Source of the DNA: the human T2T-CHM13v2.0 reference genome, Homo sapiens
Length of the DNA: 64,000 bases
NCBI RefSeq assembly: GCF_009914755.1
Contig: NC_060930.1
Reading direction: 5' to 3' (one strand)
A program made the position numbers and the translations under genes. The notes under the pieces were generated by a model. It ran no database searches, was not told where the DNA came from, and worked only from the letters and a program-made list of their open reading frames with translations. Positions 41,198 through 56,354 of this stretch are shown piece after piece (within the stretch, counting starts at the first letter, position 1; each line of letters opens with the position of its first letter).

Positions 41198-43070
41198 TAA
41201 AACAGCATGGCACTGGTATAAAAATAGATACATCAAGCAATGGAACAGAATAGAGAGCTCATAAATAAACTCACACAGTATGGCCAACTGATTATTGACA
41301 ATGATGCCAAGAATATACAATGGAAAAAAGGCAGTCTCTTCAATAAATGGTGTTGGTAAAACTGGATGTCCACATGCAGAAGAATAAAATTGGACACATC
41401 TCACAGCATATGCAAAAATCAACCCAAAATGGATTAAAAGATTTAAATGTAAAACTCAAAACTGTAAAACTGCTGGAAGAAAACATAGGGCAAAGACTAC
41501 CCAGTATTGCTCTGTACAATAATTTTTTTGAATTTGACCACAAAAACACACGCAACAGAAGCAAAAATAGACAAATAAGATTACATCAAACTAAAAGGCT
41601 GCACAGCAAAAGGAACAAATAACAGAACAAAAAGACAACCTACAGATTGAGGAAAAAATATTTATAAGCCATGTATTCAATTAGAGACTAATATCCAAAA
41701 TATAAAAGGAACTCAAAAATTCAATAGCAAGAAACCAAAAACAAAATAATTTAATTTAAAAATGGGAAAAGTACCTGAATAGAGACATCAGCAAAGAAGA
41801 CGTATAAATGGCTAACAGATTTGTGAAAAAACACTCAACATCACTAGTCACTTAGGGAAATGCAAATTAAAACCACAATGAGATATCACTTCACAATAGA
41901 CAAAATGGCTATTTAAAAAAAAAAACCTAAAGATAACAAATATTGGCAAAGATGTAGAGAAAAGGGAACTTTTGGACACTGTTGATGGGAATGTCAATTA
42001 GTATAGCCATTATGGAAAATTATATGGAAGTTCCTCAAAAATCTAAAAATAGAATTACCACATAATACAGCAATTTCACTTCTGAGTATTTACCCAAAAT
42101 ATTTGAAATCAGTTTGTGGAAGGGGTGTCTACACTCCCAAGTTCATTGCAACATTATTCACAATAGCCATGTAATGGAATTAACCTAAGCGTTCATCAAC
42201 AGATAAATGGATAGAGAAAATGTGGTATATATACACATTGGAACATTATTCAGCCTTTAAAAAGAAGAAAATTCTGTCATTTGTGACAACATAGATGAAA
42301 CTGGACAACACTATGCTAAGCGAAATAAGCCAGGCACAGAAAGACAAATGCCTCTTGTTCTCACTTACATGTGGAATCTGAAACAATCATTCATAGAAGC
42401 AGAGTGTAGAATGGTGGTTACAGAGGCTGGAGGTGAGGGGAATGCGAAGATGATGGTCCATGGGTACAAAGTCTCAGACGCGGGAATACCTGTTTGTTTT
42501 AGATTTATTGCACAACATGGTCAATATAGTTGATAATAGCATATTGTACATTTCAAAATATCTAAGGGAGGCCAGGTGCGGTGGCTCACGCCTGTAATCC
42601 CAGCACTTTGGGAGGCTGAGGCAGGCAGATCACGAGGTCAGGAGATCAATACCATCCTGGCCAACATGGTGAAATCCTGTCTCTACTAAAAATACAAAAA
42701 TTAGCTGGGCATTGTGGCATGTACCTATAATTCCAGCTACTCGGGAGGCTGAGGCAGGAGAAATGCTTGAACCAGGGAGTCAGAGGTTGCAGTGAGCCAA
42801 GATCACGCCAGTGCACTCCAGCCTGGTGACAGAGTGAGACTCTGTCTCAAAAAAAAAAAAAAAATACACACACACACATATATACACACACACACATATA
42901 TCAAAGAGAATAAAGTTCAAATGTTCTCACCACAAATAGGCAAGTATTTGAGGTGATGGATACAGTAAGTAGCTTGATTTAATGGCTCCACATGTATTCA
43001 TAAATCGTAACATCACTTGGTATCCCATAAATATATACAAATCCAGTTTGCCAATTTACAGTGAAATAAA
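41198..43070 (+). mobile_element. 5'-truncated L1MA (L1MA6/7-like)
   Basis: ORF2 3' part and L1MA 3'UTR; TSD aaatcctaatatgca (41183-41197) / aaattctaatatgca (43071-43085). Confidence 0.88.
42570..42864 (+). mobile_element. AluSc-type nested in L1MA, followed by a (CA)/(TA) microsatellite
   Basis: Full Alu with A tail. Confidence 0.95.
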
Positions 43071-43899
43071 AAATTCTAATATGCACATAAATTCCACTGG
43101 CAGGAAGATTTTATAACAGGACATGACATGTCAGGAGACTAATATATCTCAGCCATAGCTCATAGGGCTTCTTTACCTCTCAATCAGTGTGATTTTATTG
43201 TTCACACTTTACATGAGACACAGGCACTTTTTCTCAACTTACCTATTTCATGGTGGTGGCATCAGGTTGTAGCTTCTTGGGGTTTGAGACTTTGGTATCG
43301 TGCCGCTTATTCAAACTTAAGTTCCACTATTCTAGCTGTTTATCTCTTTCTTTTTTCCTCTCTCTCACACACAGGCACATAAATTCCCCACAGACATCTC
43401 TTTACTCTTGCTCATATGCCTTCTCTTCCCCAGAATCTTGCCCAAATCCTACCAATGGCTCAAGACTCAGATCAAGTACTATTTCCTCTGATCGTTCTTC
43501 CACTGTTGTCTTATTCAGCAAATAAAGGGGTGACTAGATGCAGGGCACCATGCTATGGAGACAAAGAAGACAACATGTGAATCCTTCCACAATTCTAAAT
43601 TCAAGAGCCAGGAATACAAAAACATAGATGTAGTCAAATATCACAGAATCTAGACTAAAGGGATTAGGAAACCATAGACTGAACCAAATGGTCAATTCAG
43701 CTTGGTCAAGGTGATACGGTGTAGAAAACACTTCATGGGTATGGGGTCATGAATCTGACTCTGTGTACACAAGTATCCCTTACACTCAAGCAGATGTCTA
43801 TCAAGTAGAATGGATATAAATTATAGTGGAGAGGGATATTCCTCAAAGAGGGATGTGACATGTGAAAACACAAGAGATTGAAGGATCCTGTCTTATTTG

Positions 43900-44180
43900 G
43901 ACCTGAAAGAAGTTGCATGAGATAGACACAGAGGGGTGAGGCAAGAGATAATTTAGGGAAAGTTAAGGGATGCTAAATCCTGATCATTTTCTGTTCATTC
44001 AACAGAAGTTAGGCATTGTCCTCAAGAAACCAGGGAGCCCCTGAAGGTTTTTAAACAATGAGAGCAAATGAGAAGATGTATGTTTTAGAAAAATCTTTGG
44101 AAGAAGCAGGAGGATAGAGGAAGGTGAGGTTGGAGGCAAAGTACAGATTGAAGATTGTATCAGCTCTTGGGGTAGAACAT
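43900..44180 (-). mobile_element. L2 fragment
   Basis: 'agggagcccctgaaggtttttaaacaatgagagcaaatgag...tgttttagaaaaatc'. Confidence 0.6.
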
Positions 44181-44367
44181 AGCTCACATTTTCTACTTGA
44201 AAGTTCCATTGTGCTGATAGTCAGAACTTTATTTTGCCGCTTAGTTGTTCTATTGTTATTACATTCATCAGATTTTCCTCTCTACTACTATATTGAAAAG
44301 TATTCCTGCCCTGACACAGCTTACAATGTTTTTTGGTACCTCCTCTGCTAACCTTCTGCAACAGCCT

Positions 44368-44370
<3 letters not shown>

Positions 44371-44435
<65 letters not shown>
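44371..44435 (+). repeat. (CA)n microsatellite with CGCG interruption
   Basis: About 65 bp of alternating purine-pyrimidine. Confidence 0.97.
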
Positions 44436-44474
44436 TCTCCGAGGAAAAAGATACAAATAAAGAAGATGGACAGG

Positions 44475-45196
<722 letters not shown>

Positions 45197-45794
45197 GAAG
45201 ATGGACAGAAAATGCTTTTATTTGACAGATTCCTCAAGAGGGATTAATAGTACACAGCAGTATGAGTGTGGTCAGCAGCAGTGAATGTCCTATACACATA
45301 TAAGCTCTTAAAAGATATTTGAAGGCTAAAGAAACACACTAGAGGGTTGGAATGTGTCTGTCTTGTGATTTTTTAATCCTTTGGCTATTTATTCTACATA
45401 ACCTAATTTAATTTGAACATTTGCATATAAAAATGCCTGGCCACCATCAACTAATACTCTAACTTTGACTTCACTAAGTTTGTGAGATGACTTTTGCCAT
45501 GAACACGTTACCCTCCATTTTTCCAAGGGAGTGTTTTTGGAACCTAATCAAACTGAGAATTTGCATTCAAAGGTATCCATTTTCTAACTTGCAAAGCTGA
45601 CTTTTTAATCAGACTTCTTATCTGCAAGCACAAATTGGCCTTTGCTGAATACATCATCTTAATTGAGAGAAGATTGTATTATAGGTGTATAAAAAAAGAT
45701 ACATGCTGTTAAGGTGTAATGGAATTTTGTGGATAAGTGGGAGGTTAAAGTAAGGGAAAACTCCCTTACTTTAGGTGTCCTATTCTTGATTTTA

Positions 45795-46122
<328 letters not shown>

Positions 46123-46609
46123 TTATGTGGACTAAGACAAGGCTATGGGCTTCTGCTTTGAAATCATTTTTTCCCTAAAGCCAACAACATTTTTTTCCAT
46201 TGGCCTTCAAGACACATTGCAAAACACTTTAAAAAATTCCTGCATTGTGATAGTAATAAGTGGAGATCTAAACATTTAAGATTTTAAATTTATATGGATA
46301 CGTGGGTCTAGATGCTAGAAATTTTAGATGATTCTGTAATAAACCAGCCATTCTATAAGGCTATCTGAATTCTCTTGAAAAGGTGCATGTCTGTTGTCAT
46401 GAATCTTTTGGCAGTCTGCTAAACTATAGTTAGAAGAGTGTATGAGTCAGTGTAGAAGAGAAAGGGACAAGGTGGGATAGGTGAAGAAGAAGAAAAGAAA
46501 GGAAAGGAAGAAATGGTTTTCTAAAAAGTGGAAGAAGTAGACAGCCCCAGTGCAGCAGAAAGGGAAATATCAGAGGCAGAGGCAGCAACAGAAAATGAAA
46601 ACTAGAGCC

Positions 46610-47100
46610 TGCCCAGGAATCCACAACATAGCCAACTCCCTTCATATCTGTCCCCGCCCTCTTCTGCTGTGTCCTCTTGTACTGCAAAGTTAGAAAATGA
46701 AACTACATTACCCAAACTCCCTTGCAGCTGGGGTTTATAGACATGGTCTATGTTCTATTGATCAGCATCACTCCTGAAAGACTTGAATTTAGAACCAACC
46801 AAGTGAGGAGCAATGGAGAGGCAGGTCATACATGCATTTTCAGATGAAAATATCAAAGGAAATACCTGGCTTTGGAGCCAGTCAGTCTAACGGTGTCTCC
46901 CTCATCCCCGGATCGCAGCTCAGGCCATGTGCTCCTATAGCCAAACATAGCAGTGACAATCTGAGCCCTGGACTGCAGGAAAGTTCAGGACAATGACTTC
47001 CTGATTCCCATGCCTTTTGATTGTGATAGAGATAGGGCTTGCTTCTCTAGGATCTGATTCTCTGTTTTGAATCTCTTATTGCTTCTGTTATCCCTTACTT
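46610..47100. mobile_element. Old ERVL LTR (LTR33/LTR41/LTR50-like)
   Basis: 'aaactacattacccaaactcccttgcagctgggg' is a hallmark motif of these LTRs. Confidence 0.5.
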
Positions 47101-47664
47101 ATACCTGATTGATAGGTGCCGTTGTTACTTAGTGGCCCTAAAGGAGCCATGGGGGAAAAAAAGCCTGGGCAGTAATTACAAGATAAAACTTTACATTGTG
47201 ATTATCAGTGTACGGGAGGCACGCAGATTATACATGCTACATCAGTATTGGCAAAGATAGTCAACTCCACTATTCAAAGTTCAACCCCTCTTTATCGTCA
47301 ACTTTCCTGGCTATAGCTCCTAATATGAGATTAAGAAAAAGCAAAACTTTTGAACCAAGCACCTGATAATGCTCATAGGTCTTCATCTGGTGAGCACTCA
47401 GGGTATCACTGACTGCTGGTTAATATTAAATTTGAGCAAGTTTAGTTTTATAATTTCTTATTATATTGATCAGAAACTAGAAGTATGTAATTATTAATTA
47501 TAATCTAAAAGTAATACAGACACAAAAATAGATTACACATGAACACAAAATACAAATATTGATATTATTTTGGAGTTTAAAGGCTTACAATGCAATAGAT
47601 GAAAACACCTTATTCCACAAATAATGTCAGATAAATGAAGTGTAGTAATTTCCTCAAAATAGAT

Positions 47665-48710
47665 AAAGGAAATATATAAGAAACACAAACAACTCTATAG
47701 AAAAAAAATCTAATAATTCAAGCAAAAAATGGACAAAAGATTTAAACAGACATTTCTCAAAAGAAGACATACAAACGGCAAACAGGCATATGAAGAGGTG
47801 GTCAACATCATTGATTATCAGAGAAACGCAAGTCAAAACTACAATGAGATATTTTCTCACCCCAGTTAAAATGGCTTATGGCCAAAAGCTAGGTAAACAA
47901 CAAATACTAGCAAGGATGCGAAGAAAAGGGAACCCTCACACACTGTTGGCGGGAATGTAAATGAGTACTACTACTGTAGAAAACAGTTTGGAGGTTCCTC
48001 AAAAAGCTAAAAATTGAGCTACCATATGATCCAGCATTCCTACTGCGGGGTATATACCCAAAAGAAAGGAAGTCAGTATATAGCAGAGATATCTGCACTC
48101 CTGTGTTTGTTGCAGCATCATTCACAGTAGCTAAGATTTGGAAGCAACCTGCGTCCCTCAACAGATGAATGGATAAAGAAAATGTGGTACATATATACAA
48201 TGGAGTACTATTCAGCCATAAATATGAATGAGATCCAGTCATTTGCAACAACATGGATGGAACTGGAGATCATTATGTTAAATGAAATAAGCCAGCCACA
48301 GAAAGACAGACATCACATGCTCACCTATTTGTGGGATCTAAAAGCCAAAACAATTGAGCTCATGGACATAGAGAGTGGAAGAATTGTTACCAGAGGGGTA
48401 GTGAGGGGCTGGGATGTGGGGGAGGTGGGGATGTGTAATGTGTACAAAACATAGTCAGAAGAAATGAATAAGATTTATTTGATAGCACAACAGGGTGACT
48501 GTAGTCAATACTAAATTAATTGTACATTTTAAAATAAAGAGTGTAATTGGATTGTTTGTAACTCAAAGAATAAATGCCTGAGGGAATAGCTACCCCATTC
48601 TCCATGATGTGCTTATTTTACATTGCATGCCTGTAACAAAACATCTCATGTACCCCATAAATATATACACCTGCTATGTACCTATGAAAAATAAAAATTA
48701 AAAAAAATTA
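47665..48710 (+). mobile_element. L1MA1/2-type 3' fragment
   Basis: 3'UTR 'gatagcacaacagggtgactgtagtcaata...gtaattggattgtttgtaactcaaag...catgtaccccataaatatatacacc' and A tail. Confidence 0.9.
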
Positions 48711-49140
48711 AAAATTTAACAAACACTTGCAGATAGAATCAAATGTGTGTTCTCCCACCATGTGTAAATCATCAAGAGAAGTTGGACTAACACTAAAAAA
48801 CCTTGAGAAATTATCCCTAATTGAGTAAATAGGAAATAATGAAAATGTTTCTGGAGTTAGTTTAGAAGAATGTGTGGCATAGGCACATATTTGTTGAGTG
48901 TACTTCTTTTTCTGGTCATGTGACAATAAATTATAAGCCACATTAAAATGTTCCCACCACTTTTTCACATAGGCTACTCAACATGGTTACTAAATCAAAT
49001 TTATGAAGTTTAACCACCCTGCCTTTCCTGGCTTTAAGGCAGGGCCCAAGAACACAGCCCTTGCATGAATCCATGACATCAATTATTGAATAGGTTGTTC
49101 TTGTTTTATGCCCTATTCTCTGAATTCAAAGGGAAGCATA

Positions 49141-49449
49141 GGCCAGGCATGGTGGCTCACGCATGTCATCCAAGCACTTTGAAAATCGGAGGCAGGGGGA
49201 TTGCTTGAGCCCAGGAATTCAAGACCATCCCGGGCAAGATGGCAAGACCTCCCTCTCTATAAAAAATTTAAAAATTAGTCAGGTGTGGTGGCATGAGCCT
49301 GTAGTCCCAGCATTCAGGAGTCTGAGGCAGGAGGATCCCTTGAGCCCAGGAGTTCAAGGCTGCAGTGAACTATGATCATGCCACTGCACTCCAGCCTGGG
49401 TAACAAAGCAAGACCTGTCTCTCAAAGAGAGAGAGACAGACAGGGAGAG
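49141..49449 (+). mobile_element. AluJ with GA-converted tail
   Basis: TSD aaagggaagcata (49128-49140) / aaagagaagcata (49450-49462). Confidence 0.92.
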
Positions 49450-50104
49450 AAAGAGAAGCATAAATAGATAGATGGATAGATAGAAAGACAGATAGAAGAA
49501 AAAAGAAACAAAGACTTCTCCAAAGCATCTTATTAAATGAAAAATCAGTTCGCAAAAATGATTCATAGGGTATAATCCCACGTGTTAAAATGCATCAAAA
49601 GTAGGGTGAAAGACTCAAAGGATGCATAATAAATGTTTAATAGCAATGCTTCTGGGAAGCAAATTTGGGATGGAGAACATATGAAATGAGGCAACGAAGG
49701 AGCACAGAGAGGAATTGCCAGAAGGCTGGAATCATTTTTGACTCCCTGTCCACCCAGATCTAAATCAATCACCAAGTCCTTTCAATATTGTCTTCTTCAT
49801 AACTTTTGAATTTGTCTATTTTGAGAAGTGGTCATCCTCACTCCCTAGTCTGGGCAAGGGAAGATTACGTGCTAGCAGCACTTCACATAATTGGGGAAAT
49901 GACAAACTATGCAATAAATGAGTGTTGACCATTGCCTATGAATTTGATGAAAAAGATAGAAACCTCCTACTTCACACCATAAACAACATACACATCTGTG
50001 ACTTCAGCTTTGAGGTACTCCTCTAAGTGGTCTCACTGCTTCACTTTTGTTCACCTGCGCCATCTCACTGCAGCCCCAAATCCATGCTAATGCCTGAGCC
50101 ATAA

Positions 50105-51840
50105 TTCTTTTTTAATTTTTAAATTCTATAATTATGTATTATACAATTATATATTATGCATAACCTGATTTTCAGTGTAGAATATTCAGAAGATATTGAA
50201 TTATTCAACCATTTCCTTTATGAACCTCCCATGTCATGTCCCCACGCATTCTCCATCCTAAATTCCATTCCCCTCCCCAGGAGCACTGTAAGTGTCTTAC
50301 TATGCATCTCGCATTTCCCTCCTGTGCTTCTTAACGTACAATTGAGTGTCAGTTTTTGAAAAAAATAATAAATTATACCCCGTCTATGGTACGACTATAT
50401 CATATGTATTATTCTGCAGCTTGATTTTCTCTTTACCAATCTGACTCATAGAAGTTTTCACGTAGATATGTAAGGTCTGCCTTAATCTGTTTAATTCCTG
50501 TAAAACATTTCATGAGTAAATATATTGTGATTTACTTATTGATAGCTATTCAGGCTGATTCTAATTCATTGCTATTAAAAAATAAATTAGAGCTGGGTGT
50601 GGTGGCTCATACCAGTAATCCCAGCACTGTGGGAGGCCGAGGCTGGAGGATCACTCGAGTCCAGCAATTCAAGACCAGCCAGAGCACATAGCGGGACCCC
50701 ATCTTTTAAAATTAATTAATTAATTAAAAATACTGCATTCGTGTGACAGACTCATTTTTTGTAGAATACGCTTCCTAAAAGTAGGATGCTGGGAGAAGGG
50801 GTATGCATTCCTTCATTTTTGATAGACACTGCACAGAATTACATTCTAAAATTACTCATTAGCACTTTCAATAAAAGTGCCTGTTTTTGCATATACTCAT
50901 GCACAATTGATTTTATCTTTTAAATGTTTTCAATTCTAGTGGTAAAATATGATATTTGTTGCTTTAATTATTAATTCCAGACATATTGATTTTTAATTCT
51001 AGAGCTATCAACCATCTTTTGTTTTTGCCTGATATGTCTATTCCTTTGTTTTGACAAATACCTGCATTTTCGTCTATTTTCATAGATTTGTTAATTGATC
51101 TGTATGAATTCTGTCCATCCATCAATCTTTTGTCTGACATACAAAGCTTTTGGATTTTTTCTTATGCTTTAGACTGGCCTAGCCATAGATTTAAAAATTT
51201 TTCTATATTGTCTCTCCATAAGCCATTGGGAATTCATGTTGTATATGATGTGAAGTAGGAGGGTCCTATCTTTTTTATCATTCATAGGCAATGGTCAAAG
51301 CTCTTATATTGCATAGTTTTCATTTCCCCAATTATGTGAAGTGCTGCTGAATAATAAACTACAACCTCATATATACATAGACTGCTACTGGTCTCTCAGC
51401 CTTTTGCCCTAATATATTTTTATATTTTGTGTCATTACCACAATGCTTTAATTTCTACAGCTTAATGACATGTTCTTATATCTAGTAATGCAAGTTCACT
51501 CTTCTTTTAAATAATTCTCTCGGTTACTTTTATAAACTTATTTGATGAAATTGTGAGTCAGCTTATCAAGTATCATGAAAAATCCCATTGAGATTTCAAT
51601 TAGGGTTATATTAATTGCATGGAATAATTTGGAGAAAAACAATTATTTTACAAAAGTGAATCTTCTCATCCAAGACACGGGTAATTACTTGAGTCTTTTT
51701 AAATATCTGTCACTACATTTTTATGGTTTTATTTTATTGGTTTTGTATATATTTCTTGGGTTTATTACTAGGACTTCTCTTTTTATTTTTACTGTGGAAA
51801 ATAGAATATTTTTATTCAAAATGTTATAATTAGTTATTTC
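50105..51840 (-). mobile_element. Old L1M (L1ME-like) fragments
   Basis: T-rich antisense L1 ORF2/3'UTR remnants ('aaaaatcccattgagatttcaattaggg...aatttggagaaaa'). Confidence 0.6.
50590..50730 (+). mobile_element. FLAM_C / free left Alu monomer
   Basis: Single monomer ending in an (AATT)n/A tail. Confidence 0.85.
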
Positions 51841-51852
51841 TGCTATGAGGGA

Positions 51853-52146
51853 TTTTTTTTTTTTTTTTTTTTTTTGAGACAGAGTCTCACTTTTTTGCCC
51901 AGGCTGGAGTGATCTCGACTCACTGCTAGCTCCACCTGCCGGGTTCACGCCATTCTCCTGCTTCGGCCTCCTGAGTAGCTGGGACTACAGGCGCCTGCCA
52001 CCATGCCCGGCTAATTTTTTGTATTTTTAGTAGAGACGGGGTTTCACCATGTTAGCCAGAAAGGTCTCGATCTCCTGACCTCATGATCCACCCACCTTGG
52101 CCTCCCAAAATGCTGGGATTACCGGCATGATCCACCGCACCCAGCT
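51853..52146 (-). mobile_element. AluY-type
   Basis: 'gggttcacgccattctcctgc' Y diagnostic; T tail. Confidence 0.93.
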
Positions 52147-52229
52147 GGGAAATTTTTAAATTTACGTTTTAATCTTATATGTATCTACTTTTTATTTATT
52201 TCATTTTACTTTATTTTGTGAGACATATT

Positions 52230-55157
52230 CTTTTTTTTCTTCCAACTTTTATCTTAGGTTCCAGAGGTACATGTATGAGTTTGTTACGTGGATAAATTTC
52301 ATGTTGCCAGGGTTTGCAGTATACAGATTATTTTGACACCCAGGTGCTAAGCATAGTACTCAATAGGTAGCTTTTCAATCCTCACCCTCCTCTCACCCTC
52401 CATCTTCAAGTAGGACCCAGTGACTATTGCTCCCTTCTTTGTGTCCATGTGCACTCAATGTTTAGCCCCCACTTATAAATAAGAAGATGCAGTATTTAGT
52501 TTTCTGTTCCTGATTAATTCACTCAGGATAACGGCCTCCAGCTCCATCCATGTTGCTGTAAAGGACATAATCTTGTTCTTTTTTTTATGACTGCGCAGTA
52601 TTCCACAGTATATAGCACATTTTCTTTATCCAGTCTACTATTTATGGGCATCTAAGTCAAGCATCTAAGTTAATTCCACGTCTTTGCTATTGTGAATAGT
52701 AATGCAATGAACATACATGTGCATATGTGTTTATGGTAGTACGATTTATATTCCTTTGGGTATACAGCTAGTAATTGGATTGCTGGGCTGAATGGTAACT
52801 CTGTTTTAAGTTCTTTGAAAAATCTCCAAAGTACTTTCCATAGTGGCTGAACTAGTTTACATTTCCATCAGCAGTGTGTAATCATTCTCTTTTCTCTGCA
52901 GCCTCACCAGCGTGTTATTTTTTGACTTTTTGGTAACAGTCATTCTGACTGGTGTGAGAGGTTATCTCATTGTGGTTTTGATTTGCATTCTCTAATGATT
53001 AGTGATCTTGAGCACTTTTTCATATGCTTGTTGGCCATGTGTATGTCTTTTTCTGAAAAGTGTCTGTGCATGTCCTTTGCTCCTTTTTTAATAGGTTGCT
53101 TGCTTTTTGCTTGTTAAGTTTTTTAAGTTTCTTATAGGTTCTGGATATTAGATCTTTGTCAAATGCACAGTTTCTTAATATTTTCTCCCATTCTGTAGGT
53201 TGCCTGTTTACTCTGTTGATAGTTTCTTTTGCTATGCAGAAGCTCTTTAGTCTAATTAGGTCCCATTTGTCAATTTGTCTTTTTATTGCTATTGCTTCTG
53301 CCATCTTCATCATGAAATCTTTGCCAGGACCTATGTCCTGAATGGTATTTCCTAGGTCTTCTTCTGGGGTTTTTATAGCTTTAGGTTTTATGTTTAAGTC
53401 TTTAATCTATCTTGAGTTGATTTTTGTATGTGGTCAAAGAAAGGGGTTCAGTTTCAATCTTCTGTACATGGCTTGCTAGTTATCCCAGCACCATTTATTG
53501 AATAGGGAGTCCTTTTCCCATTGCTTGTTTTTGTCAACTTTGCCAAAGATCAGATGGTTGTAGGTATGTGGCTTTATTTCTGGGCACACTATTCTATTCC
53601 ATTGGTCTATATGTCTGTTTTTTATACCAGTCTCATGCTATTTTGGTTGCTGCAGCCTTGTAGTATAGTTTAAGGTTGGGTAATGTAGTGCCTCCAGGTT
53701 TATTCTTTTTGCTTAGAATTGCTTTGGCTCTTCAAATTCTTTTTTTGGTTCTATATGAATTTTAGAATAGTTTTTCCCAATTCTGTACCAAATGTTATTG
53801 GTAGTTTGATAGGAATAACACTGAATCTGTAAATTCCTTTTGGCCGTATGGTCATTTTAGCAATATTGTTTCTTTCTATCCATGAGCATGGAATGTTTTT
53901 CCATTTGATTGTGTTATCTCTGATTTCTTTCAGCTGTGTTTTGTAATCCTTGTTGTGGAGATCTTTCACTTCCCTGGTTAGCTGTATGCCTCGGTATTTT
54001 ATTTTATTCTTTTTTGTGGCTATTGTAAATGGGATTGTGTTCTTGATTTGGATCTCAGCTTGGATGTTGTTGGTATGTAGAAATGCCACTGATTTTTGTA
54101 CATTGATTTTGTATCTTGAAACTTTGCTGAAGTTGTTTATCAGCTTAAGGAGCTTTTGGGCAGAGACTACAGGGTTTTCTAGGCATAGAATTATACCGTC
54201 TGCAAACAGAGATAATCTGACTTCTCTCTTCCTATTTGGATGCCTTTTATTTCTTTTTCTTGCCTGATTGCTCTTGTTAGGACTTTCAGTACTATGTTGA
54301 ATAGGAGTGATGAAAGAGGGCATGCTTGTTTTGTGCCAGTTTTCAAGGGGAAAGCTTCCAGATTTGCCTGTTCAGTATAACATTGGCTGTGGGTTTGTCA
54401 CAGATGGCTCTTATTATTTTGAGCTATGTTCCTTCAATGCCTAGTTTGTGAGGGTTTTTAACATGAGTGTATTTTGAATTTTACCAAAAGTGTTTTCTGC
54501 ATCTATTGAGGTGATCATGTGTGTTTTTGTTGTTGTTGTTGTTGTTTTTAGTTATATTTATGTGATGAATCACATATACTGATTAGCGTATGTTGAACCA
54601 ACCTTGCATCCCAGGAATAAAGCCTACTTAATTGTGGTGGATTCGCTTTTTGATGTGCTGCTGGATTTGGTGTGCTAGTATTTTGTTGGGAATTTTAGTA
54701 TCTATGACAAGGATATTGGCCTGAAGTTTTCTTTTTTCACTGTGTCGGCCAGATTTTGATATCAGGATGATGCTGGCCTCATAGAATGAGTTAGGGAGGA
54801 GTCCCTTTACCTAATTTTTGGGGAATAGCTTCTGTAGGAATGGTACCAGCTCTTCGTTATATGTCTGGTAGAATTTGGCTGTGAATCCATCTGGTCCAGA
54901 GCTTTTTCTAGTTGGTAGGCTTTTTATTACTGATTCAATTTGAGAACTCATTATTGATCTGTTCAGGGTTTTAATTTCTTCCCAGTTCCATGTTGGGAGG
55001 TTGTATGTCTCCAGGAATTCATCCATTTACTGTGGGTTTTCTAGTTTGTGTGCATAAAGATGTTCGTAATAGTCTCTGAAGGGTTTTTTGTATTTCTGTG
55101 GGGTTGGTGGTAATGTCTCCTTTGTCATTTCTGATTGTGTTTATTTGGGTCCTCTCT
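52230..55157 (-). mobile_element. 5'-truncated L1PA16-type element
   Basis: Antisense 3'UTR plus ORF2 RT relic (ORF 53751-54323: [15 protein letters not shown]...KINVQKS). Confidence 0.92.
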
Positions 55158-55169
55158 GGTTGTAAAGTC

Positions 55170-55436
55170 ATAGCCATTGCAGGAATGGGAAAGTAGGGAA
55201 ATCCAGTGGCATCCAAGTGGATGATGGGAGGCGGGACCACTTCTGAGCTGAGATTCAAAGTCCCTGGCTCACACTCCATTGTACCTTCAGACTTCTCTTA
55301 CAAAACGCAAATTCAATGATAAAATAATTAAGAATTTTAAGAAGGTACCACAGGGCATTGATTCTAAGGACAGGGTCCTTCTGAGCCTTACACCCAGTGC
55401 AGCTGCCCTGGCCACCAGCCCACGAAGCTGGCCCTG
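55170..55436 (-). mobile_element. MER45B-like (hAT-Tip100) fragment
   Basis: Reverse strand begins 'cagggccagcttcgtgggc...gctcagaaggaccc...aaattcttaattattttatc'. Confidence 0.7.
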
Positions 55437-55439
55437 AAT

Positions 55440-55580
55440 CTGTGACCTAAGAAAAGTTCCCCTAACTCCTCTGAGCCTCAATGTCTTCACCTATAAAATG
55501 GGCATTATGAAACCTACCATACCAAGCTGTAATGAGCCTTAATAAGTAATGTACCCAAATCTCAGAGCAAAGCACTCTGT
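55440..55580 (+). mobile_element. MIR
   Basis: 'ctgtgacctaag...ctctgagcctcaatgtcttcacctataaaatgggg'. Confidence 0.75.
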
Positions 55581-55797
55581 TGTTTTATAAGAAGTTAAAT
55601 ATCTACTGCTTAAAAGAAAAGACCCAATACAACATTTCAGGGGACATTTTGGTAATGCTTAAAAATATTTTCAAAGTTTACTCAATAATTTAACCCTAAG
55701 CCTTTTTATAATATGCTTTGTGTTGGGTTGTAAAGTGGAAAAACAGCCATGGGATAATTTTAGATTTTTAGCCTACACCTGAACCATACCGCATGGA

Positions 55798-55935
55798 AAG
55801 TGGTTCTCAGTCACTGTTCATGATGGGCCTGAAGGGCTGAGATGACACCGCATCCTGCGCTCCACCCTCAGAATATCTGGAGATAAGATGCAGGAATTTA
55901 TGTTTTGTGTAAGTCTCTCAGGTGATTCATACACA
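55798..55935. mobile_element. MER5-like (hAT-Charlie) fragment
   Basis: 'agtggttctca...caggaatttatgttttg...aagtctctcaggtgattc'. Confidence 0.5.
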
Positions 55936-55999
55936 CAAATTTTTCTCTCAACATTTCTTATGCTCTCCTCCTAGATTCTACTTTTCCCATTTTGCTGCA

Positions 56000-56302
56000 C
56001 AGTTTGCCTTCTGTATCTGCAGGTTCTGCATCATAGATTCAACAAATGGAGGATCAAGAACATTTGGAAAAAAATAATACATCAATAGAAGTAATACAAA
56101 TTATAATACAGTGTAAGAACTGTTTACATAGCATCATATTGTATTGGGTATTATAAGCAATCTAGAGATGATTTAAAGTGTAGGGGAATATGTGCAAAGT
56201 TTATTTGCAAATACTTTATATTTAAAGGACTTGAACATCCACGGATTTTGGTATCCTGGGGGTCATGGTACCAATCCCCCGTGGATAACAAGGAGCAAAT
56301 TG
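56000..56302 (-). mobile_element. MER2 (TcMar-Tigger)
   Basis: Antisense MER2 'ggacttgaacatccacggattttggtatcc...ccaatcccccgtggata'; homologous to 607-925. Confidence 0.85.
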
Positions 56303-56354
56303 TACTTGCTTTATCACATATCCATCCATCCAAACCTCAGACCGTATGTCAATC

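Noticed and set aside
53751-54323. 190-aa ORF with reverse-transcriptase similarity
   Set aside because: Frameshifted relic of L1 ORF2; the catalytic FADD motif reads FADG.
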